From: Alphaproteobacteria bacterium
GTDB taxonomy: Bacteria; Myxococcota_A; UBA796; GCA-2862545
Direction: 5' to 3'
Assembly: GCA_020632925.1 (NCBI GenBank)
Contig: JACKER010000007.1
Location: 1-52,909, forward strand
Length of the DNA stretch: 52,909 nt
Of the stretch, positions 27,025 to 37,453 are shown piece after piece. The notes beneath the pieces were generated by a model. That model saw only the letters and a program-made list of their open reading frames with translations. It did not search any database and was not told the origin of the DNA. The position numbers and the translations under genes were made by a program. Numbering within the stretch: the stretch's first letter is position 1; the number at the start of each line of letters is the position of its first letter.

Positions 27025-28116
27025 CTACACATTGAACCGGAAGTGCATGACGTCGCCGTCCTGCACCACGTACTCCTTGCCCTCGATGCGGAGCTTCCCG
27101 GCCGAGCGCATGGCCGCCTCGCTCTTGAGCTCGAGCAGGTCGCGGATGGCGTACACCTCGGCCTTGATGAACCCGCGCTCGAAGTCCGTGTGGATCACGC
27201 CGGCCGCCTGCGGCGCCTTCGCGCCCAGCGGGATCGTCCACGCGCGGATCTCCTTGGGGCCGGCGGTGAAGTACGTCTGCAGCCCGAGCAGGCGGTACGT
27301 CTCGCGGGCGAGCGTGGCCAGGCCGGGCTCCTCGAGCCCGAGGTCCGCCAGGAAGCCCGCGCGGTCCTCCTCGTCGAGCTCCGCGATCTCGGACTCCACC
27401 TTCGCGCTGATCAGCACGACGCCGGCCTTCTCCTCCGTCGCCCGCGCGCGGACCCGGTCCACCAGCGCGTTCCCGTGCAGGCCCGCCTCGTCCACGTTGC
27501 ACACGTAGAGGACGGGCTTGGCGGTGATCATCTGCGCCGCCATCACGCTCGCGAGCTCGTCGTCGGTCCAGTCGCCGGCGAGCGCGGGCTTGCCCTCGTT
27601 GAACAGGGCGCACAGCTTGTCCGCGACGTTCGCGTGCAGCAACGCCTCCTTGTCGCCGCCCTTGCTCTGCTTGCGGTACTTGTCGGCGCGCTTCTCGGCC
27701 GACTGCATGTCCGCCAGGATCAGCTCGAGCTGGATGATCTCGATGTCCCGGATCGGGTCGATCGAGTTCTCGACGTGCGTCACGTCGCCGTCCTCGAAGC
27801 AGCGCACGACGTGCAGGATCGCGTCGACCGAGCGGATGTGCCCCAGGAACTGGTTGCCCAGACCCTCGCCCTTGGACGCGCCGCGGACGAGGCCCGCGAT
27901 GTCCACGATCTCCACCGACGCCGGGATGATCTTCTCGCTCGCGATCACGCCGCGGATCTGCTCGAGCCGCGCGTCCGGCACCGGCACCACGCCGACGTTC
28001 GGCTCGATCGTGCAGAACGGGTAGTTCGCGGCCTCCGCGCCCGCCGCCGTCAACGCGTTGAACAGCGTGCTCTTCCCAACGTTCGGCAGCCCCACGATGC
28101 CCGCCTGCAGCGCCAT
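27025..28116 (-). CDS. ychF: ribosome-binding ATPase YchF (Obg-like GTPase family)
   Basis: [23 protein letters not shown] (G1/P-loop), a TGS-like C-terminus ending ...[10 protein letters not shown] as in E. coli YchF. Confidence 0.95.
   Translation of the reverse strand: MALQAGIVGLPNVGKSTLFNALTAAGAEAANYPFCTIEPNVGVVPVPDARLEQIRGVIASEKIIPASVEIVDIAGLVRGASKGEGLGNQFLGHIRSVDAILHVVRCFEDGDVTHVENSIDPIRDIEIIQLELILADMQSAEKRADKYRKQSKGGDKEALLHANVADKLCALFNEGKPALAGDWTDDELASVMAAQMITAKPVLYVCNVDEAGLHGNALVDRVRARATEEKAGVVLISAKVESEIAELDEEDRAGFLADLGLEEPGLATLARETYRLLGLQTYFTAGPKEIRAWTIPLGAKAPQAAGVIHTDFERGFIKAEVYAIRDLLELKSEAAMRSAGKLRIEGKEYVVQDGDVMHFRFNV
27029..27045. repeat. attR core: 17-bp direct repeat ACATTGAACCGGAAGTG overlapping the last codons of ychF
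   Basis: Identical to 2760-2776. Here the sequence is the genuine ychF 3' end (..HFRFNV, TAG stop at 27025-27027). Confidence 0.75.
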
Positions 28117-28319
28117 CTCACCCTCCTCCGAGGGCGCCCCCTTAATCGATCCCGCTTCGTTGGGCCTTCGTTCGGCACTTGTCGTTCATTCACGTCGATG
28201 AAGGCTTCATGGGTGCCCACGAAGATCAAATGCGCGGAGATTTAATGTCCGTGTGCTGGACGGCGTGCGTCCGGCGTGACAGAAGGGCGCGTCACCCCAT
28301 CCGTGACCTGGAGGGACGC

Positions 28320-29747
28320 ATGCTTCGCGATTTCCTGGAGATCCCGTACGACGAGCTGGAGGCCCGCAACCTCGAGGCCAAGCAGCAGCGCCTCGATCGG
28401 GTCGACCCGGACAAGATCCGCGCCCAGCGCGAGAAGATGCTGGCCGACACCAAGCAGCTCAAGGCCGTCACCGTGTGCTTCACCGACCTCGAGGGCCGGA
28501 TGCACATGCTGGACTACGACAAGAAGTTCCTGCTGAAGTCCGCCGACAACCTGACCTTCGACGGCAGCTCCATCCGCGGCTTCTCGGCCCAGGAGGAGTC
28601 CGACCTCCGCCTCGTCATCGACTGGGGCGCGTTCTACCACCTGCCCGCCGACGTGTTCGGCCCGGGCAAGGTGCTGACCTTCGCGAACATCCTCTCCCGC
28701 GACGGCACGCCCTACGCCGCCGACTTCCGCGGCCGGCTCCAGGCCTTCACCGCCGACCTGTACAAGTCGCAGAAGCTCACCTGCAACGTCGCCAACGAGA
28801 TCGAGGGCTTCGTGTTCCGCGGCAAGAACGCCGAGCGGCGGTACCACGAGACCCGCTCGTTCGAGTTCCTGTCGACCGGCGGGTACTACCACTCGCTGCC
28901 CGGCGACGAGCTGCGCCTGTTCATCGACCGCGCGGCCGAGGCCCAGCGCGCGATGGGCTTCGAGAACGAGAAGGACCACCCCGAGGTGGCGCCGTCGCAG
29001 TTCGAGATGAACTACTCGTACACCGAGGCGCTCGTCTCGGCCGACCAGATCCAGCTCTACAAGCTGCTCTGCCGCCAGATCGCGCAGTCGATGGACATGA
29101 CCGCGAGCTTCCTGCCCAAGCCGGTCGCGGGCGTGAACGGCAACGGCATGCACACGAACATGAGCCTCGGAAAGGGCAAGAAGAACCTGTTCTGGGACCC
29201 GAAGGGCCCGGACAACCTCTCCGAGATGGGCTGGGAGTTCGTCGACCGGATCCTCAACAGCGCCAACGACATCTGCCTGGTGCTGAACAGCTCGGTGAAC
29301 AGCTACCGCAGGCTCGACCCGCACTTCGAGGCGCCGAACCAGATCAAGGCGAGCGCGAACAACCGCGGCGCCATGGTCCGCATCCCCTACGGCAACGAGC
29401 GCTCCGCCCGCGTCGAGGTCCGCTCGGTCGCGCCGGACGCCAACCCGTACATGGCGCTGTACACGCTGTTCAAGACCGGCATCGAGGGCCCCCTGCCCGA
29501 GAACCGCGAGGAGGCGCGCTCCGGCCGCACCCGCTTCCTGCCGGGCTCGATCTACGACGCCCTCGGGAAGTTCAAGAGCAGCAAGGTGGCCAAGGAGCTG
29601 CTGGGCGACCTGGTGCACGACAAGTTCGCCGAGCTGAAGCAGGCCTCCGCCGACCGCTGCCCGCGCGCGTTGGGCTCGATGGTGAAGGCCTCGGAGGTGC
29701 AGTTCCACCACGAGGTGACGAACCAGTACCTCTGGAACCAATTCTAG
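28320..29747 (+). CDS. glnA: glutamine synthetase (GS catalytic domain family; 475 aa from ATG 28320)
   Basis: Beta-grasp (VCFTDLEGRMHMLDY), ATP-binding KPVAGVNGNGMHTNMSL, NRGAMVRIP. GGAGGG RBS before 28320; the track ORF starts earlier, at 28179. Confidence 0.85.
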   Translation: MLRDFLEIPYDELEARNLEAKQQRLDRVDPDKIRAQREKMLADTKQLKAVTVCFTDLEGRMHMLDYDKKFLLKSADNLTFDGSSIRGFSAQEESDLRLVIDWGAFYHLPADVFGPGKVLTFANILSRDGTPYAADFRGRLQAFTADLYKSQKLTCNVANEIEGFVFRGKNAERRYHETRSFEFLSTGGYYHSLPGDELRLFIDRAAEAQRAMGFENEKDHPEVAPSQFEMNYSYTEALVSADQIQLYKLLCRQIAQSMDMTASFLPKPVAGVNGNGMHTNMSLGKGKKNLFWDPKGPDNLSEMGWEFVDRILNSANDICLVLNSSVNSYRRLDPHFEAPNQIKASANNRGAMVRIPYGNERSARVEVRSVAPDANPYMALYTLFKTGIEGPLPENREEARSGRTRFLPGSIYDALGKFKSSKVAKELLGDLVHDKFAELKQASADRCPRALGSMVKASEVQFHHEVTNQYLWNQF

Positions 29748-29748
29748 G

Positions 29749-30055
29749 CGAGGCGCAGCCGAGCCTCCCTGCCCGTGCCCGTGCCCGTGCCCGTGCCCGA
29801 AGCGGCGCTCGCACGGGCACGACGGCTCTCCATGGGAGGGCGGGCGGTCCAGCTGTCAGCCTTCAGCTGTCAGCGTTCAGTGATAGCAGGGGTCGTAGCA
29901 TCGCTATCGTCCGTGCTTGGTCCGCGAGGCGCAGCGGAGCCTCCGTGCCCGTTCCCGTGCCCGAAGCGGCGCTCGCACTGGCACGACGGCTCTCACAGGA
30001 GGGCGGTGGGTCGGCGGAGCTGTCAGCCTTCAGCCGTCAGTGTTCAGCGGCCAGC
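29749..30055. repeat. two ~130-bp tandem intergenic repeat units (29749-29887; 29927-30055), each with a (GTGCCC)n hexamer run, a 9-bp-stem hairpin (CCGTGCCCG...CGGGCACGG) and CTGTCAGC/CTTCAGC sub-repeats
   Basis: Direct sequence comparison gives ~90% identity between units. The units are separated by a short palindromic spacer (GATAGC...GCTATC). Confidence 0.6.
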
Positions 30056-30077
30056 CGGTCGCTGCGTTCCCGGCCCC

Positions 30078-30117
30078 CTCACCCCAGCCCGCTGCCCCGA
30101 TGGGGGAGAGGGGGACG
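30078..30117 (-). terminator. GC-rich imperfect hairpin (CCCCCTCACCCC...GGGGGAGAGGGGG) immediately downstream of the S41 peptidase gene
   Basis: Inverted repeat adjacent to the gene's stop. No clear U-tract. Confidence 0.3.
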
Positions 30118-31578
30118 CTACCAGGTGTCCGCGCGCTCCAGCGCCGCATCGCGCGCGCCCGTCGGATCCGGCGCGACCTGCACGTCGGGTGCGAGGCCCT
30201 GGCCCTCGACGCAGCGCCGTCGCCGGTCCCAGGTCAGCGCCGTGCTGATCGTCAGCGTCGTGTCCGGCAGGTAGCGCAGCACGCGGACCCTTCCGGAGCC
30301 GCCGCCCGTCGGCGTACCGAGCACCTGCACGTGCGGGAGCCCCTGCAGCCCGAGCAGCACGTCCTCGCTCGAGCTGTAGGTCAGCGCGTCCACCAGGAAG
30401 CGCACCCGCCCACGGAACGGGCGCGGCCCCGGCTCGCCCCAGAGCTGCTCCTCCGGACCCAACGCGCCGCCCGGCTCCGTCGTGCGCATCGTGCCGAGCA
30501 GCGTGCGCTCCCGAAGGAAGCGATCCCGAAACGCCGTCGCCGTCATCAGGTGGCCGCCACCGTTGCCCCGAAGATCGACGATCCACCGGTCGGATCCGTC
30601 CGTGATGTGCCGCACGTCGTCGAGCTCGGACGTCACGCGCGGCAGCCACGTCTTCACGCGGATCAGCGTCGCCCCCGAGGCCGTGCGTCGCGCCTCCACC
30701 ATCGGCCCCGCCAGCGGATCCACGCGGGTCTCCACCCACGCCACCCGCCGCCCGTCGGGTGCTCGCGCCTCCATCGGACGCTCCCCGGGCGGGCCCTCCA
30801 GCATCCGTCGGCCCGCCAGCCAGGGGCGCTGGTGGGGTGTGGCGCCCGTCGTCTCCCAGGCGGTCGCGAGGTCCTCGCCCAGCAGCCGCCACCCGGGACG
30901 CACACCCGCGGCGTGGGCGGCGCTCTCCGGCGGGACCCACCCGACCACAGCCTCCGTAACCGTCACCGCCACCTCGAGCGGCACGCGGTGGAGCGGCGTG
31001 CGCGAGCGGATCGCGGTGTGCGCGTCCCCGAGCTCCGCCACCCACCGTCGCAGCGCGGGCAGTCCCTCGCGGGCGGCCCGCGGCTCCCAGCGGGCACAGG
31101 TCGCGCGCCAGTCCACGCCCCGCAGCCCGAAGGAGGGCCAGGAGTCCGCGACCTCCTCCCGCAACGTGCGGATGGCGCCCGCCAGATCGAGGTCCTCCAC
31201 GCGGTGCACGCCGTCACCCATCCTCCCGAGCGCGCGCAGCTGACCGAACGTCTCGTAGACCGCGCCCAGATCGGGACCGTCCGTCACCAGGAGGCGCCGT
31301 CGCCGATCGAGCCGCAAGGTCCCCACGTCCGACGCAGGCTCGCCCGCGAGCGCCGGGTTCGCGAACGCCGGGCCGATCAGCCAGCGCGCCTGGCCCTCGG
31401 GCGCCCGGTCCACCACGCGGACGGGGGCTCCGAGCTCCCGCGCCAGCGCCGCCCCCGCGCGTGACAGCAGCTCGGGCAGGTCCACGATCCGCTGCCGGTC
31501 GATGTCGTTCATCGCGGGATGCGTCGTGGGCAGCACCACCAGCACCTCGCGCGCATCGCTGAACGGCGCTCGACTCAT
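30118..31578 (-). CDS. S41-family (C-terminal processing/tail-specific-like) peptidase
   Basis: IVDLRGNGGGH S41 signature and a PDZ-like segment upstream. The start is uncertain (31578, or ATG at 31512). Confidence 0.75.
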   Translation of the reverse strand: MSRAPFSDAREVLVVLPTTHPAMNDIDRQRIVDLPELLSRAGAALARELGAPVRVVDRAPEGQARWLIGPAFANPALAGEPASDVGTLRLDRRRRLLVTDGPDLGAVYETFGQLRALGRMGDGVHRVEDLDLAGAIRTLREEVADSWPSFGLRGVDWRATCARWEPRAAREGLPALRRWVAELGDAHTAIRSRTPLHRVPLEVAVTVTEAVVGWVPPESAAHAAGVRPGWRLLGEDLATAWETTGATPHQRPWLAGRRMLEGPPGERPMEARAPDGRRVAWVETRVDPLAGPMVEARRTASGATLIRVKTWLPRVTSELDDVRHITDGSDRWIVDLRGNGGGHLMTATAFRDRFLRERTLLGTMRTTEPGGALGPEEQLWGEPGPRPFRGRVRFLVDALTYSSSEDVLLGLQGLPHVQVLGTPTGGGSGRVRVLRYLPDTTLTISTALTWDRRRRCVEGQGLAPDVQVAPDPTGARDAALERADTW

Positions 31579-31637
31579 GCGTGGAGCATGGACCCTGCCG
31601 TCCCCGATGTCGATAGAAGGAGGGCTCCGGAGGTCCC

Positions 31638-32531
31638 TTGTCCAGCTTCTCCACGCCGCTGTCCCGCCGCCTCGGCCTGCGGTACCCGCTCGTCGCCGCC
31701 CCCATGTTCCTCGTGTCCAACGCCGAGATGCTGATCGCGGCCGCGGAGGCCGGCATCCTCGGCGCCATGCCGAGCCTCAACGCCCGCACGCCCGAGGCCT
31801 TCGAGGAGATCCTCCGCCAGGTCCGCGCGAAGACCGACAAGCCCTTCGCCATCAACCTCACCATCGGGTTGACCGAGCCCGGCCGCCTGCAGCGCGACGT
31901 CGAGCTGTGCCTCGAGTACGAGGTGCCCGCGCTGATCACGAGCTACGGCAACCCCACGCCCATCGTCGCCGCCGCGAAGACCAGGGGGATCTTCGTCATG
32001 CACGACGTGATCCAGCTGCAGCACGCGAAGAAGGCCGTGGCCGCCGGCGTGGACGCGATCATCGGGGTCAGCCAGGGCGCGGGCGGGCACGCGGGCACGG
32101 TGAACCCGTACGTCCTGATCCCCTACCTGCGTCGCCACCTGCCCGTCCCCATCGTGGCCGCCGGCTGCATCGGGGGAGGGGAGCAGGTCGCCGCGTCGTT
32201 CGCGCTCGGAGCCGAGCTGGCCTACATGGGCACCCGCTTCGTCGCCTGCGCGGAGGCCGGGGCCCCCGAAGCGTACAAGCAGATGCTCGTCGACGCCACC
32301 CACGACGACATCGTGTACACCGACGAGGTCTCGGGGATCCACGCCAACTTCCTCAAGCAGACGCTGCCGTCCGAGCGCATCGGTTCTCGCGACGACGCGC
32401 CCAAGCGCTGGAAGGAGATCTGGAGCGCTGGGCAGGGCGTGTCGCTCATCGACGAGGTCAAGCCCATGGGCGCCATCGTCGAGGACATCGTCCGCGAGTA
32501 CCACGACGCCGTGGCGCGCCTCAGGGGCTGA
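31638..32531 (+). CDS. nitronate monooxygenase / 2-nitropropane dioxygenase family (FabK-like FMN oxidoreductase)
   Basis: TTG start. LGLRYPLVAAPM (the GIxxPIIQGGM-like motif), TIM-barrel FMN motifs (GVSQGAGGHAG), 297 aa. Confidence 0.8.
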   Translation: MSSFSTPLSRRLGLRYPLVAAPMFLVSNAEMLIAAAEAGILGAMPSLNARTPEAFEEILRQVRAKTDKPFAINLTIGLTEPGRLQRDVELCLEYEVPALITSYGNPTPIVAAAKTRGIFVMHDVIQLQHAKKAVAAGVDAIIGVSQGAGGHAGTVNPYVLIPYLRRHLPVPIVAAGCIGGGEQVAASFALGAELAYMGTRFVACAEAGAPEAYKQMLVDATHDDIVYTDEVSGIHANFLKQTLPSERIGSRDDAPKRWKEIWSAGQGVSLIDEVKPMGAIVEDIVREYHDAVARLRG

Positions 32532-32790
32532 GGCCCCACACGGCCAGCAGGCCCACCGACCCCATCGCTGCGACGCCCGCCAGGAACAGCAGCGTCAGCA
32601 CGGTGCCGGCGATCACCCAGGTCGACAGGCCCTTCCTGCTCGAGGTGCGACGGACCGTGGTCCGGCCGTTGAGCTGAGGGGTGGCGTCCGAGAGGGAGTC
32701 GAGGTGCACGGGGCGTGGGGCCAGCACCTCGTCCTCTGAGGCGTCGAGGTCCCCTTCTTGAGACAGGTCGAGGTCGCTGCGAACGGACAT
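32521..32790 (-). CDS. small membrane-anchored hypothetical protein (89 aa, C-terminal TM)
   Basis: High GC3; an acidic N-terminus followed by the hydrophobic helix WVIAGTVLTLLFLAGVAAMGSVGLLAVW. Confidence 0.35.
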   Translation of the reverse strand: MSVRSDLDLSQEGDLDASEDEVLAPRPVHLDSLSDATPQLNGRTTVRRTSSRKGLSTWVIAGTVLTLLFLAGVAAMGSVGLLAVWGLSP

Positions 32791-32904
32791 GGAGTGAGGG
32801 TCTCCTGCGCCAGCATTGCACCGCGGATCGCGTCCTGGCGCAGTTACACTCCCCTTGCACCCAACGGAAGGCAGCCGGGAAGGCGGGTCCGCCGCCAGGG
32901 GGCC

Positions 32905-33867
32905 TCAGCGCGGGAGCTCGACGACCTCGCGCACGTTCGGTGCGGGGGCGAGTCTTCCCCACGCCGTCAACGGTCCGATCCACGCCAGCGGCGGCCCCCC
33001 GACGGGCTCGCCAGCCAGCGCGAGCCGCGTCGGAGGTGCGGACCGCTCGACGACCAGATCGGCGAACAGCGCGCCAGCGTCGGCGCTGGCCAGGGCGGGG
33101 TGCCCGGTGTAACCGGGGAAGGGGCGTAGAGACTGCCATCCGAGGGCGACGGCGGCGAAGTCCAGCTCGGCGGCACGCCCGGAGGCACCGAACGCGGCAG
33201 CGATGCGGCCGAGCGCGGACATGGAGCGCGACCGGGGGACGGCGGGACAGGGCGGCAGCTCGATGTGGCGCGGGGAGACCGAGGCCGGCGCCCAGTGCAG
33301 CATCAGGCTCGTCTCGAAGAAGCCCGCGTGGAAGTCGCGGCCGAGGTCGGCGAGGACCCGCTCGGCATCGGGCTCCTCGAGGTGGGCCACGGCCTGGCGT
33401 GCGCGTTCGAGGTCCAGCGGCTCGAGCAGCAGGCGCACGACCTCCTGGAAGGGCGCACACGCCGCGATGCCGCGCCGTCGCAGGTCGACCACCACCTCGT
33501 GCAGAGCGAGGTTGTGCAGCGGGGAGCCGTGGAAGGTCACGATCACGACCCGCCGGGCGCCGAGCTCCTCGACCGACCGCGCCGCGCGCGTCACCGCCTC
33601 GCGCAGGCGGGCGTAGGACACGGGCTGGCTACCAGGTCCCGGCGCGGGCTCCACGCCGAGCGGCAGATCCGCACAGAGCAGCGGCTCGCCGGGCTCGTCC
33701 AGTGCGGCGTGCAGCGCTTCGATCCACCCGAGCGACTGCAGGCGGTCCGTGTCCAGCGGCAGGTGGGGGCCGTGGTACTCGATGGGGTTGGCCGTGATCC
33801 AGGCGACCGCACCCTCGGACAGGCGGCGGCGGGCCTCGGTGTGTGGCAGGTCGAGCAGGCGGATCAC
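32905..33867 (-). CDS. creatininase (creatinine amidohydrolase) family protein
   Basis: NPIEYHGPHLPLDTD metal-binding signature. GTG start proposed at 33867 with a GGGAG RBS; the Arg/Pro-rich extension of the track ORF to 34143 is unlikely to be real. Confidence 0.65.
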   Translation of the reverse strand: MIRLLDLPHTEARRRLSEGAVAWITANPIEYHGPHLPLDTDRLQSLGWIEALHAALDEPGEPLLCADLPLGVEPAPGPGSQPVSYARLREAVTRAARSVEELGARRVVIVTFHGSPLHNLALHEVVVDLRRRGIAACAPFQEVVRLLLEPLDLERARQAVAHLEEPDAERVLADLGRDFHAGFFETSLMLHWAPASVSPRHIELPPCPAVPRSRSMSALGRIAAAFGASGRAAELDFAAVALGWQSLRPFPGYTGHPALASADAGALFADLVVERSAPPTRLALAGEPVGGPPLAWIGPLTAWGRLAPAPNVREVVELPR

Positions 33868-33926
33868 GGAGGTGGGCTCCCGGGACCCCGTAACCACCGG
33901 GGTCCTGCTACGATGGCGCCGCGAGG

Positions 33927-34343
33927 GTGTGCATGGTCCGCGCGTGGCCTGTGGTGCTGGGGACGTTGATCGGCTGCGGTGGGGGCAACGAGCTCGTCGC
34001 CGAGCTGGACGGGAGCTGGGCGGGGTCGATGGTCGATCCCGAGTCCGGCACGGTCGAGCTGGTGGCCGACTTCGAGTGGCGCGAGGACGAGGAGCTCCTG
34101 TTCGGCACGGTGGACGCCACGCCTCCCGGCCAGGCGGAGCCATGGATCTTCGCCGTCCGCCGCTGGGACACGGGCTCGGGCCTCGTGCTGCTCGACCTGA
34201 CCGACGAGGCCGACGGCACCCGCGGGCTCGACCTCGACGGCACCGTGGACGGCGGCTCCTTCTCGGGCACCGCGACCCTGTCCTACGACTGCGACGGCTC
34301 GACCTGTGGGTACGAAGGCGACTTCGAGCTCACGGCGGAGTAG
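33927..34343 (+). CDS. hypothetical lipoprotein (138 aa)
   Basis: Signal peptide plus lipobox (VVLGTLIGCGGG), then a Gly/Asp-rich mature region. Confidence 0.5.
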   Translation: MCMVRAWPVVLGTLIGCGGGNELVAELDGSWAGSMVDPESGTVELVADFEWREDEELLFGTVDATPPGQAEPWIFAVRRWDTGSGLVLLDLTDEADGTRGLDLDGTVDGGSFSGTATLSYDCDGSTCGYEGDFELTAE

Positions 34344-34344
34344 G

Positions 34345-35583
34345 TCAGAACGTCGGTTGGAACTCGATCGTGTCGCCAGGGTTGGCCGCGTGGTCCGGGC
34401 CCTGCTCCCAGTCGGTGTCGTCGCGCAGCGCCTTGAACGAGAACGGCGCGGACGGCTCGCTCAGCACGAGCTCCCAGCGATCGGCGGCGGACGGCCAGGC
34501 CCACAGCCCGCGGTACCAGTCGAGCGGGGGCGCGTCCCCGCGGAACGACACCTGCCGCCCGAAGCCCACGTCGACCCGGGCCACCAGGCGCGTGAGCGTG
34601 ACCGTGGGCGGCGTGCGGCGCGCCAGGCGCACCAGCACCCCGGGGTGGTCGGAGACCGGAGGTGAGGTGAGCACGCGTTCGGCGGCCACCGCACCCCAGC
34701 TCGCGCCGCGGTGCACCACCACGTGGTCGATGCCGTCGGCGGGCAGCGCGGACGTGGCGTCCTCGAAGCCCTGGAGGAGGGTCGCGCCGAGCGCCGGTCC
34801 GCCCACCGGGTCGTTGAAGTCGCCGCCCACCACGGTCTCGACGCCGCCGAGCACCAGCGCCGCCGCCGCCGCCTGGCTCGCCTGATCCGTGCGGGAGGCC
34901 TCGTCGAGGTCCAGGTGCACGTCCACGAAGGTCACGCCGTCGACCGTCGCCGCCAGCGCCACGCGGGGGAGCTGGCCGGGCGTGAAGAAGGCGAACGGCA
35001 CCAGCGCGCTCGGGGCCGTGCGGGACAGGACGGACACGCCCTCCTGAGCCTCGTCCGGCGTCCCCTCCCAGGCCAGGTGCGCGAAGTTCCAGCCGCCCTC
35101 CCAGGAGATGCCGGTGGCGGCCGACAGCGCGTCGTCGAGCAGCGCCGTCGCGTCCTCCGCGCCGATGCACACCTCCTGCAGCAGGAGCACGTCGACGTGC
35201 TCGGCCTCCACCAGCGCCGCCACGGCGTCGAAGCGCTCGCGGTTGGTCGCGTAGGGGGTGCCGTCGAGCTTGTTGCAGTGCAGGTTCAGCGACAGCACGA
35301 CGAGCTCGTCGTCGCCCGTGGTGGACCCGCCCGTCTCCTCGGTCGTCGTCTCACCGGTCTCGCCCGTCGGGCCGTCGGTGGGCGCGTCCGTGGGCGGGCC
35401 GTCGGTGCGGTCGTCGGTCGTCCCGCCGCCGCAGCCGAGCAGCGCGACCACCGCGATCAGGGTCGCTCCAGGGCGGCGGCATGGTGGCGCAGGTGGTCCT
35501 CCACGAAGCTCGACACGAAGTGGTAGCCGTGATCGTAGCCGTCCTGGAGGCGCATCGTCAGCGGGATCCCTGCGCGGCCGCAC
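34345..35583 (-). CDS. endonuclease/exonuclease/phosphatase (EEP) family lipoprotein with a C-terminal beta-rich (carbohydrate-binding-like) domain; start uncertain
   Basis: Lipobox ATLIAVVALLGCGGG. EEP motifs (LSLNLHC, LLLQEV, GGDFND, SDHPGV). The track ORF extends to 35691 and overlaps fghA in another frame; no conventional start sits before the signal peptide. The candidate GTG at 35583 is low confidence. Confidence 0.55.
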   Translation of the reverse strand: MRPRRDPADDAPPGRLRSRLPLRVELRGGPPAPPCRRPGATLIAVVALLGCGGGTTDDRTDGPPTDAPTDGPTGETGETTTEETGGSTTGDDELVVLSLNLHCNKLDGTPYATNRERFDAVAALVEAEHVDVLLLQEVCIGAEDATALLDDALSAATGISWEGGWNFAHLAWEGTPDEAQEGVSVLSRTAPSALVPFAFFTPGQLPRVALAATVDGVTFVDVHLDLDEASRTDQASQAAAAALVLGGVETVVGGDFNDPVGGPALGATLLQGFEDATSALPADGIDHVVVHRGASWGAVAAERVLTSPPVSDHPGVLVRLARRTPPTVTLTRLVARVDVGFGRQVSFRGDAPPLDWYRGLWAWPSAADRWELVLSEPSAPFSFKALRDDTDWEQGPDHAANPGDTIEFQPTF

Positions 35584-36295
35584 GCCTGTACGAACCGGTG
35601 CGGCTGCAGCTGCACCTCGAGGAAGCCGTCCGCCGTCCCCTGGTCCACCAGGATGGGCTGGCGCCAGCTCGTGGTCGCCGCCAGCTCGCACGCGTCCCAG
35701 GCCGCCCAGGTCGAGCGGTCCTCACCGAGGTACGCCGCGAAGGCCTTGTGGCCCCAGGGCACCTGCGTGGGCGCGACGATCGGCGCGAACGCCGACACCG
35801 AGCGGTACCGGTCCGGGTGGCGGAACGCCGTCACGAGCGCGCCGTGCCCGCCCATCGAGTGCCCGAACAGCCCGATGCGATCGAGGTCCGCGGCCGGGAA
35901 GGACGACCGCAGCAGCGCGGGGAGCTCGTCCGCCACGTAGTCCTGCATGCGGTAGTGGGCGGCCCAGGGCGCCTGGGTCGCGTTCACGTAGAACCCGGCG
36001 CCCTTGCCCAGATCCCAGCCCGGATCGTCGGCCACGTCGTCGCCGCGGGGCGAGGTGTCCGGCGCGACGAGGATCAGGCCGAGCTCGGCCGCCACCCGCT
36101 GCGCCCCGGCCTTCACGACGAAGTTGTCCTCCGTACAGGTCAGGCCGGACAGGAACATCACCACCGGACAACGTCGGCGTTCGGCGGCAGGTGGTGCATA
36201 GACCCCGAAGCGCATGTCGCAGGACAGCACGTCGGAGCGGTGCGACCAGACCTCCTGCCAGCCGCCGAAGGACCGGCTCCGGGACACGCGCTCCA

Positions 36296-36296
<1 letters not shown>
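35457..36296 (-). CDS. fghA: S-formylglutathione hydrolase (esterase D)
   Basis: 279 aa, GHSMGGHGA nucleophile elbow, C-terminal HGYHF. The ATG overlaps the frmA stop (TGATG). Confidence 0.9.

Positions 36297-37453
<1,157 letters not shown>

Noticed and set aside
29770-29800. GTGCCC hexamer runs considered as a CRISPR-like array
   Set aside because: The repeat unit is only 6 bp with no spacers, there are two degenerate blocks, and no cas genes are nearby. It is a microsatellite inside a larger tandem repeat.
33868-34143. N-terminal 92-aa extension of the creatininase-family ORF
   Set aside because: It is Arg/Pro/Ser-rich low-complexity sequence with no counterpart in creatininase proteins. 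An internal GTG with RBS is more plausible.
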